64,000 nt of DNA from a virus: positions 1 through 64,000 of IMG/VR virus record IMGVR_UViG_3300023174_000151, one strand, 5' to 3'. Below the pieces are notes generated by a model, which searched no databases, had not been told where the DNA came from, and was given only the letters and a program-made list of their open reading frames with translations. Positions 8,098-17,589 of the stretch are shown here, one piece after another; positions within the stretch are counted from its first letter, which is position 1, and each line of letters starts with the position of its first letter. Both the position numbers and the translations under genes were made by a program.

Positions 8098-9072
8098 ATG
8101 AACGGCGCTTTAAAAAGTATCAATCAAATAATTAATCCTGCTCGTTCTTCTATTACAAAAGAAGAATTGTTTAATCAATTGTTTTCTCAAGCAAAACAAA
8201 AGTTTGCAATTGAACCTGGACCTATTGTTACAAGACAAAATAACGGTGACTTAACACAAGCTTTACATAAGTCTCAACAGTTTGCTCAACGTACATTGCA
8301 ACAACACATTGATACAGGAGCTTTAGAACTTGATCGTGTTCTTGGATCTATGGGAGTTCGTTCTAATCTATCTGGAACATTAAAGTATCCAACAATTAAT
8401 TATGTATTAGAACCAGGTGTTCATTACAAACGCCAACATAAATTACCAGCAGACCAATCTCGTGCAACTGTTCAATCGCCTGGCATGATTCAAGAGTTTA
8501 TAGGATTTAAAGATACGCCAATGATGGATTGGGATGTAGCTGGTCCTTATCATGCAGAACGCAATGCAACTATTAGACATTTAGGAGACGTAGAAGAACG
8601 CATTCAAAACTATTTAACACAAAGACCAGACGCAACAATTAAATTATATCAATCCCCAGGGGGGTATCGTGCCTTTGATTTAACAACAAGACAATCACCC
8701 ATTCAATACAATTCATCATTCGATTTATTAGATGTTGATCCAGACTATCGTATGATTTCACAACAGAAACCAGATGTTCTTAAATACGAAGGAACAATTC
8801 CTGTAAATGATACAGAGCGATTTAACGCTAGAATTAATCCTAAACTTAACCGTGTTGATTGGGTTGCTCAACCTATTGCATTAATCAAAGGAACACAATC
8901 TATTATTGATCCTGAAAGCAGACGACGTGTAAGTGTATATCATGATGAACCTATTGAAAAAAATTTCTTAACAGGTCAAGCTCAAACAGCTGGCCTTGAA
9001 AAAGTAAAAGAAAATTTACCTACTGCATCACAATTTTTACAGCAACAAATTCGTTCTTATCTTGGTTTATAA
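8098..9072 (+). CDS. hypothetical protein, possible divergent AEP-like fold
   Basis: PMMDWDV and YQSPGGYRAF resemble AEP motifs I and II. Confidence 0.5.
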   Translation: MNGALKSINQIINPARSSITKEELFNQLFSQAKQKFAIEPGPIVTRQNNGDLTQALHKSQQFAQRTLQQHIDTGALELDRVLGSMGVRSNLSGTLKYPTINYVLEPGVHYKRQHKLPADQSRATVQSPGMIQEFIGFKDTPMMDWDVAGPYHAERNATIRHLGDVEERIQNYLTQRPDATIKLYQSPGGYRAFDLTTRQSPIQYNSSFDLLDVDPDYRMISQQKPDVLKYEGTIPVNDTERFNARINPKLNRVDWVAQPIALIKGTQSIIDPESRRRVSVYHDEPIEKNFLTGQAQTAGLEKVKENLPTASQFLQQQIRSYLGL

Positions 9073-9132
9073 AATACAAAATGTAAGTTTAGTGATAAGA
9101 ATATAATATTAAATTGTTACATATTAATTATA

Positions 9133-9166
9133 CTTGGCATTCAACATCCGTTGATGTAAGCCCAAG
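9133..9166 (+). repeat. family C element
   Basis: CTTGG-CAT-TCAAC/GTTGA-TG-TAAGC-CCAAG. Confidence 0.7.
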
Positions 9167-9193
9167 ACATACGTTCACCTACTACACAACAAC

Positions 9194-9556
9194 ATGCAAA
9201 TCCTTGCTGCCTTTAAACATCTCATTCCTGAATTCCATGCTTACTCCGATCAAGACAAGCGTTACAACCTTGGCGCTACCTGGACAGCACCTGATGGCCT
9301 ACAAGACTTCCACAATCTGGAGCTACGATACGTTCATAACTCTGAACGTCTTGCGCTCCAAGGGGATCCGCAGCCTGACGGTAGCTGGAGATACATTGAA
9401 CCCAATGGTTCCGTGCATACCATCTCAGCTGAACGTGCAACTAAGTTTATGGATGACACCAATCGCCATGCCAATATCATGTGCGATATGTTAGATAAAT
9501 TAAAAGAACATGGTCTAAGTTCTACTATTGTAACTACTAGCGCTACAGCAGCGTAA
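9194..9556 (+). CDS. hypothetical protein
   Basis: 120-aa ORF followed by a GC hairpin at about 9575-9597. Confidence 0.65.
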   Translation: MQILAAFKHLIPEFHAYSDQDKRYNLGATWTAPDGLQDFHNLELRYVHNSERLALQGDPQPDGSWRYIEPNGSVHTISAERATKFMDDTNRHANIMCDMLDKLKEHGLSSTIVTTSATAA

Positions 9557-9601
9557 CTTTCCTGTACACCTCATGCCCCTGCCTTAGCGGGGGCTTTACC
9601 T

Positions 9602-9994
9602 ATGACTGATACCACCAGCCCTGAGTTCATTGATCTCAATCTTGTAGATCAAATTATGGAAGTTATTCCACCCTTAACCTGGCCCACAGTTCTTGATGGT
9701 GTAATCAACCAGATCATTGATGCTATGCCTAGTGATGTTCTGTTAAGACTTACTGGAGATCCAATGGGTTTTGAAGAAGCCGAAAGAATTTTATTCTCAT
9801 ACTATGCAGAACCTGAGAGGGAGAAAAAAGATCTTATCCTTGATGCCTTTAGGTGTATAGGAGAAGAACAGCTTTGTTACTTTTTGGATTCATTAGATCT
9901 TGAAAAGTTAAACAAACGTTTAGAACAACGTGCAGATACTGCGCCATGTTCTGTGGAAGAAACAAAAGAGTTCAATGACTTTTGGTTTGATTAG
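9602..9994 (+). CDS. hypothetical protein
   Basis: 130-aa acidic ORF. Confidence 0.65.
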   Translation: MTDTTSPEFIDLNLVDQIMEVIPPLTWPTVLDGVINQIIDAMPSDVLLRLTGDPMGFEEAERILFSYYAEPEREKKDLILDAFRCIGEEQLCYFLDSLDLEKLNKRLEQRADTAPCSVEETKEFNDFWFD

Positions 9995-10051
9995 TTTTGA
10001 TGGACTTAGGATGTCCTTAAACTCAACTACATTCCATTACTACACAACACC

Positions 10052-10813
10052 ATGCAACTTCTTAAATTCAGCACAGGCAATGGCAAACTTTCTAATCGAT
10101 TAATCTTTAATATCCCAGCGGGGTACACGTGCCCACATGCTGGTGTATGTAAGACATTTGCTGACAAGACTACCGGTAAGATTACTGATCTACCACAGCT
10201 CACAGGTACAATTGCACCTGAGTTCAGATGCTTTGCTGCCATGGCAGAGACTAGACCTAATGTACGTGATGCACGTTGGTATAACTGGGATCTATTAAGA
10301 GAAGCTTTGTACTCAGGAGAGAATCAAGTCAATCAATTAAGTGCATTAATCAAATTGTCTTTGATTGTACAGACAGATATGAGTCTTATACGTATACATG
10401 AGAGTGGTGATTTTTGGACAGAGAAGTATATGGCAGCTTGGATTAAAGTTGCACAAGAAGATCCTGATACTACCTACTATGCCTACACTAAATCACTAGG
10501 TATGTGGCTTAGCTTGCGAGATAGTATACCTAATAACTTTATGTTGACCGCATCTGTGGGTGGCACACTTGACTACTTACTTCCTAAGTATCCGGATGTG
10601 TTTAAACGTATAGCTTATGTTGTATACACAGAAGAAGAGGCGGCTACACGTGGATTAGAGATAGACCATGACGATAGTCATTGTTTAGGAGATAAACCGT
10701 TTGCACTATTGGTGCATGGGTCCCAACGAGCAGGGTCTGACGCAAGTAAAGCACTTGCCAAACGAAAGAAGGATGGTGGTTTTGTTGGTTACAACAAGAA
10801 GAAAGTAGCATAA
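10052..10813 (+). CDS. GP88-family phage protein
   Basis: FNIPAGYTCPxAGxC...CFA...RIHESGDF...YAYTKS signature. Confidence 0.75.
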   Translation: MQLLKFSTGNGKLSNRLIFNIPAGYTCPHAGVCKTFADKTTGKITDLPQLTGTIAPEFRCFAAMAETRPNVRDARWYNWDLLREALYSGENQVNQLSALIKLSLIVQTDMSLIRIHESGDFWTEKYMAAWIKVAQEDPDTTYYAYTKSLGMWLSLRDSIPNNFMLTASVGGTLDYLLPKYPDVFKRIAYVVYTEEEAATRGLEIDHDDSHCLGDKPFALLVHGSQRAGSDASKALAKRKKDGGFVGYNKKKVA

Positions 10814-10869
10814 AGGTTGCGTTCTAACTAAAGGTGTGTACTATGCTGGTGCACACCTTCAACTAGTTT

Positions 10870-11103
10870 ATGTCCTACGTTATTGCAACCTGGAAAGACA
10901 ACAAACCATATGCCATCCATTCCAATATGGAGGCTATGCAATTTGAACTAATACCACTAGACTCACAAGGCGCAATCAATAGAATGTATTCCAACCCACA
11001 TCGGGCTGGTGCACAACAAATCTTGACATGGATTAAAAGCAATGACACAAAACTTAACAGTGAAGACCTCAAAATTTGTGATGAGTCCCAGTTCCGCAAA
11101 TGA
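10870..11103 (+). CDS. hypothetical protein
   Basis: 77-aa ORF overlapping the polymerase start. Confidence 0.55.
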   Translation: MSYVIATWKDNKPYAIHSNMEAMQFELIPLDSQGAINRMYSNPHRAGAQQILTWIKSNDTKLNSEDLKICDESQFRK

Positions 11104-13687
11104 ATGTTGGCTTATCTTTGATATAGAAACTGACGGATTTTATGATCAAGCTACTAAAACATTCTGCATTGTCATCTATGATGTCACGCGAGCAGAAACT
11201 TTTGCTTATGGGCCTGATCGCATTGATGATGCTATTGCTTATCTGGCAACCGCTGATGTTCTTATAGGACACAACATAATCTTTTATGATCTCCCTGTCC
11301 TCCAAAAGCTACATTCATTTGTCGCCAAAGCACGCATCATTGATACGCTCATATGTACACGCATCATTTGGCCTAAAGAAAAACTCTATGACCTTGACAT
11401 AGAACAGTATCCAAATGTACCAGCGAAGATAAGAGGTAATGCATCACTTAAAGCTTGGGGTTGGCGTCTTGCTGATAACAAGATTGACTTCAAAGACTTC
11501 TCTGAATACTCAGAGGAGATGCTTATGTACTGTAAACAAGATGTCCAAGTAACACTAAAGTTATATAAGCATATTGTGAAGGAGAAGTATCCTGAATCAG
11601 CGCTTAGACTTGAGCACGACTTCGCACTTGCAATTAATAAACAGATTAGAGCCGGTGTTCCATTTGATGTGGACGCCTGTCTTGATCTAGTAGATAACCT
11701 TAGAAAAAAGAAAGTAGAACTAGAAGAACAATTAAAACAAATTTTTCCACCTATTAAACATAAGACTTGGTTTACACCTAAGGTGAATAATACTGCCCGT
11801 GGTTATGTGAAAGACGTACCATTTGAAAAAACAATAATAGAAGAATTCAACCCTGGTTCACGTAAGCAAATTGTTGAGCGACTCAAGAGTAAGTATGGGT
11901 GGGAACCAGAGAAGACAACAGAGAAAGGTAATCCAATTCTTGATGATGAAGTAATTGAAAAGTTACCATACTCAGAGGCTAAACCTTTAGCTGAATACAT
12001 GTTAATTAAAAAACGTTTAGGGCAAATAGAAGATGGTAACAACGCTTGGCTCAAGCTTGTTAATAACAACACTGGTCGTATGCACGGTGATGTTATTACT
12101 AACGGTTGTATTACTGGTCGTGCAAGTCATCGTCATCCCAACATGGGTCAAGTCCCTGCTGGTTATTCACCTTATGGTAAAGAGTGTCGTGCGTTATTTC
12201 ATGCGCCCCAAGGATGGGACATGATTGGTATAGATGCCAAGGCTTTGGAGCTGCGTTGTCTTGCTGGTTACTTAGCTTATTGGGATCAAGGTGAATATGC
12301 CAAGCTTGTTATTAATCCTGAATCAGATATACATACCATTAACCAAAAGTTATTTGGTGTAGAAACCAGGGATATAGCTAAGCGTTTACTTTATGCTTGT
12401 GTTCCTACTGATATAACAACAGTGCTTACAAAAGAAGGATGGAAAACATATGATGAATTAAAGGTTGGTCAATTAGTTTTAACTTACAACGAAGAAAAAG
12501 AAATAAAAGAATGGAAGCCTATTCTTGAAATCATACTTGAACATGAAGATGATGTTTGGCAAATGCAACATAATCATTCATTCAAAGTACAAGCTACCGC
12601 TGACCATCGGTGGTATGTAAAGAAACGTAAACGTAATAGAAATGTATCTTGCGGTTGGAGCACGGGTAAAAATTATATGGTGTCTAAAGTTGAAACAACA
12701 ACAGAAATAAATACTGAATCTAATATTATTGTTAATGCCCTATTAGTTGAACCTGAATCTTTGCCAATTGACATTGATTGGAAGTGGCAAAAATATGGTA
12801 CAGATTGGACTAAAGTTATTTTAAAAATGAACCAAGCCCAACGTAAAGCTTGGCTATCTGGATTCATAATTGCTGATGGCTTTCAATCATGTAAACCAGA
12901 TCAAAAAGAGAAATGGCATTGGACACAAATACGTAATGAACATTATGAAGCAGCTTTAGTTGCTTCTTATCTGGAATTTCCAGGGGTAATACATGTTGCT
13001 AAGCCATCACTCAATGCTAGTGGTACTACACAAATGCATGTGAGCATTGCAAATAAAGGTCATGTTACTGGACAAAAATTACAAAAGACTTATATAGGAA
13101 AGAAGAATGTATTTTGTATACGTACCGAAAATAAATCTTTTGTTATGCGCCAAGGGGATTGTATTACCATTACAGGAAATTGTTTATATGGTGCAGGTTC
13201 TTTGAAGATGGGAGGAATTATTAATCCGCATGAAAAAGATGAAACAGTTTTGCGTAATCTAGGAAAAACTGCAATGAATTTATTCCTTAAAGGTGTGCCT
13301 GCATTAGCTGAACTTAAAACAAAGATTGAGAGTTACATTTTGACTCGTCAACATTTAATTGGTCTTGACAAACGTGTCTTGTATTGTCGTTCACCTTTTA
13401 AAGGTTTGAATGTGTTGTTACAATCAGCAGGTGCAATCCTAATGAAACAAGTTGTAATAACAATACATAAGAACATCGAAACAAACTTGTCCTTACCCCA
13501 TGGTCAGGAGTGGGAACAAGTCTTGATGGTGCATGATGAAGTTCAATTGGTTTGCAACCCTAAATATACAGAACAGATTAGAGAACAAGCTATGCTTGCC
13601 TTCCCTCAAGCACAGGAATTCTTTGAGTTCCTTTGTCTTATAGAAGGAGATTCTCGTGTAGGATCTGACTGGTCAGCGACACACTGA
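11042..13687 (+). CDS. polA: family A (T7-like) DNA polymerase with 3'-5' exonuclease, intein-containing
   Basis: FDIETDG, GHNIIFYD, YCKQDV; TGRASH, DAKALELR, RDIAKRLLYA/CLYGAG, VHDEVQ; start may be ATG 11081. Confidence 0.95.
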   Translation: MTQNLTVKTSKFVMSPSSANECWLIFDIETDGFYDQATKTFCIVIYDVTRAETFAYGPDRIDDAIAYLATADVLIGHNIIFYDLPVLQKLHSFVAKARIIDTLICTRIIWPKEKLYDLDIEQYPNVPAKIRGNASLKAWGWRLADNKIDFKDFSEYSEEMLMYCKQDVQVTLKLYKHIVKEKYPESALRLEHDFALAINKQIRAGVPFDVDACLDLVDNLRKKKVELEEQLKQIFPPIKHKTWFTPKVNNTARGYVKDVPFEKTIIEEFNPGSRKQIVERLKSKYGWEPEKTTEKGNPILDDEVIEKLPYSEAKPLAEYMLIKKRLGQIEDGNNAWLKLVNNNTGRMHGDVITNGCITGRASHRHPNMGQVPAGYSPYGKECRALFHAPQGWDMIGIDAKALELRCLAGYLAYWDQGEYAKLVINPESDIHTINQKLFGVETRDIAKRLLYACVPTDITTVLTKEGWKTYDELKVGQLVLTYNEEKEIKEWKPILEIILEHEDDVWQMQHNHSFKVQATADHRWYVKKRKRNRNVSCGWSTGKNYMVSKVETTTEINTESNIIVNALLVEPESLPIDIDWKWQKYGTDWTKVILKMNQAQRKAWLSGFIIADGFQSCKPDQKEKWHWTQIRNEHYEAALVASYLEFPGVIHVAKPSLNASGTTQMHVSIANKGHVTGQKLQKTYIGKKNVFCIRTENKSFVMRQGDCITITGNCLYGAGSLKMGGIINPHEKDETVLRNLGKTAMNLFLKGVPALAELKTKIESYILTRQHLIGLDKRVLYCRSPFKGLNVLLQSAGAILMKQVVITIHKNIETNLSLPHGQEWEQVLMVHDEVQLVCNPKYTEQIREQAMLAFPQAQEFFEFLCLIEGDSRVGSDWSATH
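12398..13180 (+). mobile_element. intein (261 aa) with degenerate LAGLIDADG-like region
   Basis: Begins CVPTD, block B ATADHRW, WLSGFIIADG, ends VFCI..ITITGN with +1 Cys; removal restores motif B. Confidence 0.9.
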
Positions 13688-13692
13688 TTAAC

Positions 13693-13721
13693 CGTCCTCC
13701 GAGTATGACGTTAAACTGCTC
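13693..13721 (+). promoter_or_regulatory. family D pseudoknot leader
   Basis: CGTC-CTCC-GAGTA-T-GACG-TTAAAC-TGCTC, 23 nt before ssb ATG. Confidence 0.75.
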
Positions 13722-13744
13722 TACCACCTAACCCCTGACATCAA

Positions 13745-14548
13745 ATGAATTATGTTGACGCATGCGCTGTACTGAACGAGACTCCTCGTGAGGTATTCAC
13801 CAGTGCCACTTCATCCAATCTGTGTGCGGAAGTTATCCTTCCACCTGCAGGAAACAAATCTCCAACTCACATCAAACTTCATGTTTACGGAAAAGCTTGC
13901 GACAAGTTTAAGGACCTACCCAAGGGAACACGGATCTACATACATGGCTCGAAGCTACGGCATGATCTGGACACCCGTACGCACTCACTACATGGTGGAG
14001 TTATCGCTGCGGTTACTGAATCATTCCCGATCTTTAACGATGTCATCCTCACCGGAAGATGTGTAAAAGACATTGATGAAAAAGATCCGCGTTCATTTAG
14101 AACTACACCAGAAGGTTTGATGATTTGTAATCAAACACTTGCTGTTAACACAGGACGTAATCAGTCTGATCTGTTTAACTTCTCTGCTATTAACAGTGCA
14201 CAAGATAAGTTAAATCAAGCTGAACTACTTGCAAACTTCACACGTAAAGGAACAGGACTTACAATCCGTGGTCGTTTAGTAACCGATTCGTGGATTGATA
14301 AAGACACCAAAGAAAAACGTGCGTATGTAAAAATTCAATTAGTACAAATGACTCTTGCACCTAAGGTAACTTCTAGTTCAACAGAACCAGTGGCACCTAA
14401 GCCACAAACACAAGTAGCTAGCACAGGTCCGACCTTGTCAGATCCAGTGGAAACTGCTAGTCTTTGGGGCACAACCAGTGTTGGATTACCTGATCTACCT
14501 GGTGTGTATTCAGCTCCTACTTTCAACGAATCTGAACCTCCCTTCTGA
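13745..14548 (+). CDS. ssb: single-stranded DNA-binding protein, probably two OB folds
   Basis: NDVILTGR...TLAVN...AELLANFTRKG..IRGRL.TDSW.DK; acidic EPPF tail. Confidence 0.8.
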   Translation: MNYVDACAVLNETPREVFTSATSSNLCAEVILPPAGNKSPTHIKLHVYGKACDKFKDLPKGTRIYIHGSKLRHDLDTRTHSLHGGVIAAVTESFPIFNDVILTGRCVKDIDEKDPRSFRTTPEGLMICNQTLAVNTGRNQSDLFNFSAINSAQDKLNQAELLANFTRKGTGLTIRGRLVTDSWIDKDTKEKRAYVKIQLVQMTLAPKVTSSSTEPVAPKPQTQVASTGPTLSDPVETASLWGTTSVGLPDLPGVYSAPTFNESEPPF

Positions 14549-14751
14549 TGACTACTACACACAACCAGTTCACTTTCTTATATGAAGATGGTGAAGACCG
14601 AATCTTGTACGAATTTAAAGCAGTAACTACTGATGAAATTATGCATAGGTTTACAGACTTTTTAAAAGGTTGTGGACATTATGACGCTTCCATCTTAAAT
14701 AGCATGGAAGAAATGGTTGAAGAGTACCGAACACATGGATCTCCTATTTGA
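14548..14751 (+). CDS. conserved phage hypothetical protein
   Basis: YEF.A...EI..RF.DFLKGCG motif. Confidence 0.65.
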   Translation: MTTTHNQFTFLYEDGEDRILYEFKAVTTDEIMHRFTDFLKGCGHYDASILNSMEEMVEEYRTHGSPI

Positions 14752-14766
14752 TTCTATTTAAGATTG

Positions 14767-14792
14767 ACGTCGAGCTGGACGTTAAACGTAGC
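14767..14792 (+). promoter_or_regulatory. family D pseudoknot leader (weaker second stem)
   Basis: ACGTC-GAGCTG-GACGT-TAAAC-GTAGC, 22 nt before ATG 14815. Confidence 0.55.
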
Positions 14793-14814
14793 ATTCCTGT
14801 CCTCTGAATTTACT

Positions 14815-15858
14815 ATGATTGCTCTCATGGCTACTAAGAAAACCACCTCAAGCGGGAGTGATAACTCCTCTTCTCTGGTATCTAAGAGGAGTCTTGACTC
14901 CTTTCGGATGTTCCAGTCCAAAGAATTTGTTTCTGGCTACCAGAATCTAGTTACCATTCAACCGTTAAACAAATCTAAAACACGTGGTTGGTTTGTTCGC
15001 AAGTCCGACTTGGATACCTGTGGATGGACTGCTACTGAAGATCAGTTTGCAAATGGTTCTGTTATCTGGGACTATAAACAAACCTTTGGTATGGCACCAA
15101 ATACTTCCATTGAAGAAGGGTTAAACTTCATTGAGCCTCGTCTGCAGATACTCTTGCGCTCTCCACTTATGGTGGAAGAGACTAGCGGTATGCGTCAGAC
15201 AATTGGTACCTTTGAAGATCCAGAAGTAAAGCAGATGTTCGATAACGATCGTCTTGCTGCTGAACTGGAGAACAGCAAAGGTAACATGTACAAACGTAAG
15301 TACAGCGTACGTACAAAATACCTTGTGTATGTCTTAACTCAAGACAACAGAAGGGCGCATAAGATTCCAATGGTCCTTACTCTTAAGGGCTTAAATGGAA
15401 CTGATGTCAGCGATAAAGTTAAGCTTTATGAAAAAGAAATGTCTAAATGCCTTAGCAAAGCATTAGACTCTGAAATCCCTTTGGCATTCAATGAAAAGTT
15501 CTATGCCACTACAGTGTTTACTCCCCTCTTGGCTAACGAGATGCGTGGTGCAAACAATGTAGAAATCTGTGCCATTGAAAGTTTTGAGATTCCTGATTAC
15601 AGTTCGCAAGAAATTGCAATCGAATCTTTAAGTAACATGTCGATTCCTGATGAAGATCGTGAATCTACATGGAAGATGCAAGGAATATTTGAAGACTACA
15701 TCAACCAACATGCTCGTCAGGATGCCAAGAAACTTGGTGGTGCCTACGGTATTGCAGAAGGTGTAGAGATTCTACCTGTCTCACGTTCCGGTAACACAGT
15801 TGACGTAAAGGTTCTACCTGCACGCAATGAAATTACTGGTGAAGACGACAGCCTTTAA
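14815..15858 (+). CDS. replication-module protein, possibly DUF5895-like
   Basis: Located after ssb; MVLTLKG motif; in-frame ATG 14815 preferred to TTG 14764. Confidence 0.55.
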   Translation: MIALMATKKTTSSGSDNSSSLVSKRSLDSFRMFQSKEFVSGYQNLVTIQPLNKSKTRGWFVRKSDLDTCGWTATEDQFANGSVIWDYKQTFGMAPNTSIEEGLNFIEPRLQILLRSPLMVEETSGMRQTIGTFEDPEVKQMFDNDRLAAELENSKGNMYKRKYSVRTKYLVYVLTQDNRRAHKIPMVLTLKGLNGTDVSDKVKLYEKEMSKCLSKALDSEIPLAFNEKFYATTVFTPLLANEMRGANNVEICAIESFEIPDYSSQEIAIESLSNMSIPDEDRESTWKMQGIFEDYINQHARQDAKKLGGAYGIAEGVEILPVSRSGNTVDVKVLPARNEITGEDDSL

Positions 15859-15871
15859 TTAAACCAAACTT

Positions 15872-15899
15872 AGGGTCAGCATTTATGCTGGCCCTTTTT
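15872..15899 (+). terminator. rho-independent terminator
   Basis: AGGGTCAGCA-TTTA-TGCTGGCCCT followed by T-run. Confidence 0.75.
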
Positions 15900-15913
15900 C
15901 ACATCTACTTACA

Positions 15914-16294
15914 ATGACCCAACAATTTTCTCAAGCACAACTCAATCACATGAAAGAACTAAGGGAATCAGGTAACAGTCAACGTACTGTTGCAACAATG
16001 TACAACTGCCATCGAAAGACTATCTACTATTGGGAGTCACGTGCTTTTGTACTAACTAACAATTCAATAATGTTCCAGACTCAAGGTCGTTATCGTTCTA
16101 ACTCAAAGTACTTTGTTCAACAAGAAGAGCTTGACAGAATGAAAAAACTAAGGGAGCAAGGTATGACCCAGGAAGTGGTGGCTGGTTTGCTGGGACGTAC
16201 AAGAGCTACAGTTCGTCATTGGGAACGTCGTTCATTCCTTTTGGATGATAAGCTTCCTGCATCAGATCCAGTGAATCCTTCACTAGTCCCTTGA
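15914..16294 (+). CDS. tandem HTH DNA-binding protein
   Basis: Two similar units: MKELRESGNSQRTVA..TIYYWE and MKKLREQGMTQEVVA..TVRHWE. Confidence 0.8.
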   Translation: MTQQFSQAQLNHMKELRESGNSQRTVATMYNCHRKTIYYWESRAFVLTNNSIMFQTQGRYRSNSKYFVQQEELDRMKKLREQGMTQEVVAGLLGRTRATVRHWERRSFLLDDKLPASDPVNPSLVP

Positions 16295-16436
16295 TTACAA
16301 CTTGCCTTGTTGTTGCAATCTTGGTAAGTAACACTGCCATTTCTCGTAACTCAGCGATAGATGAGCAGTCGTTAATTTGTCGAGTCATCTTCTCTTGCCA
16401 GAACATATCTTCTGGCGACAGTATAAATTGCAACAT
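16206..16436 (-). CDS. NblA-like protein (divergent)
   Basis: LSPEDMF..RQI...S..EL.EM...L....RQ....LVK matches the NblA two-helix pattern. Confidence 0.5.
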   Translation of the reverse strand: MLQFILSPEDMFWQEKMTRQINDCSSIAELREMAVLLTKIATTRQVVIKGLVKDSLDLMQEAYHPKGMNDVPNDEL

Positions 16437-16480
16437 TAGCCACTACTCAATTACTAATCCTCATTGTAACCTCTTGAACC

Positions 16481-17428
16481 ATGACTACTACAGCAACACA
16501 TACTGAACTTAATGCAGCACAAACAACCATCTACACGCGAACAAATATATTGCGTGCGTTTCCAGACTTCGATGACTCTGGCGTGGTTGGTATTTACCTG
16601 CGAGGTGACTCTTGTCTTGTTGTGTATCGCGATGGTACTGAACGGTTGTATCCAAAGGATGCAATTAAAACAACTTTCATTTCCTATACGCACAGACTCA
16701 AGGACTTCTTTTCATACCTTGGACCTAATTACAGGGGGCCAAGTATCTGGCACGATAACTCTTACATCCTATTCAAAGGCTGGAACTACAGTCACACACT
16801 TGGACACTTAAATGACAATGCAAAACTACAAGGCCAATGGGCAGATAAGTTCATTCGTCTTACTGATCCAACAAAACTTAAGGCGTTGCTTCAGTCAGAG
16901 CACACAGACCTTGGGCATTTGGTTGCACCGGACGGGTTGCGGCTTCCAGATCGGCTCCCTGATTTGGACTCTGAGTTGGAGACAGTGCAAGAAGAACGGC
17001 CCATGTTTGGCGAACCTAACTGCTCATGTGGGTCCTTTCAACGTCAGCTCAACAACCTACCTTTGTTCCAACAAGAGATCGAAGGATTCAAACCACACTG
17101 CATCCACTTAACTTGGATTGCTAAATACAGAAGCCTACTATCCAAACGCACTGAGGCACGTGACGCATGTCCTGCTGGTGTCCCACACACTTGTGTTGCT
17201 TGGTGGTACCAGCCTCCTATGAATCATACCAGTGATGGTCGTTTCCTTTTACTACACACTAAGTCTGGGGTGCAAGCGCCCCTTAGCCATTGGCGTACTT
17301 ACAAACCTAAAGAATCATTTACTCAGCGTCATGCTTGGGATCTATTCTTTAGTATGCTTGATGCAGGCTACGTACCATTCCCTGGTACCTCACTACCTCA
17401 ACTAAGGATGGCTTTTAAACATGACTAA
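16481..17428 (+). CDS. SWIM zinc-finger protein
   Basis: CSCGSF...CIHL motif. Confidence 0.7.
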   Translation: MTTTATHTELNAAQTTIYTRTNILRAFPDFDDSGVVGIYLRGDSCLVVYRDGTERLYPKDAIKTTFISYTHRLKDFFSYLGPNYRGPSIWHDNSYILFKGWNYSHTLGHLNDNAKLQGQWADKFIRLTDPTKLKALLQSEHTDLGHLVAPDGLRLPDRLPDLDSELETVQEERPMFGEPNCSCGSFQRQLNNLPLFQQEIEGFKPHCIHLTWIAKYRSLLSKRTEARDACPAGVPHTCVAWWYQPPMNHTSDGRFLLLHTKSGVQAPLSHWRTYKPKESFTQRHAWDLFFSMLDAGYVPFPGTSLPQLRMAFKHD

Positions 17429-17589
17429 TCCAAATGCATGGCTTACCAAACTAGCCAGCGCCATGTTTGGGATCTATTATTTAATATGCTTGATGCAGGC
17501 TATGTACCATTCCCTGGTACCTCACTACCTCAACTAAGGATGGCTTTTAAACATGACTAATCCAAATGCATGGCTTACCAAACTAGCCA
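17324..17589 (+). repeat. 132-bp tandem duplication across a gene junction
   Basis: Two copies offset by 132 bp with 5 mismatches in the 5' part. Confidence 0.95.

Noticed and set aside
17324-17589. Diversity-generating retroelement TR/VR pair
   Set aside because: Only 2 of 5 mismatches involve A, and no reverse transcriptase is in the window
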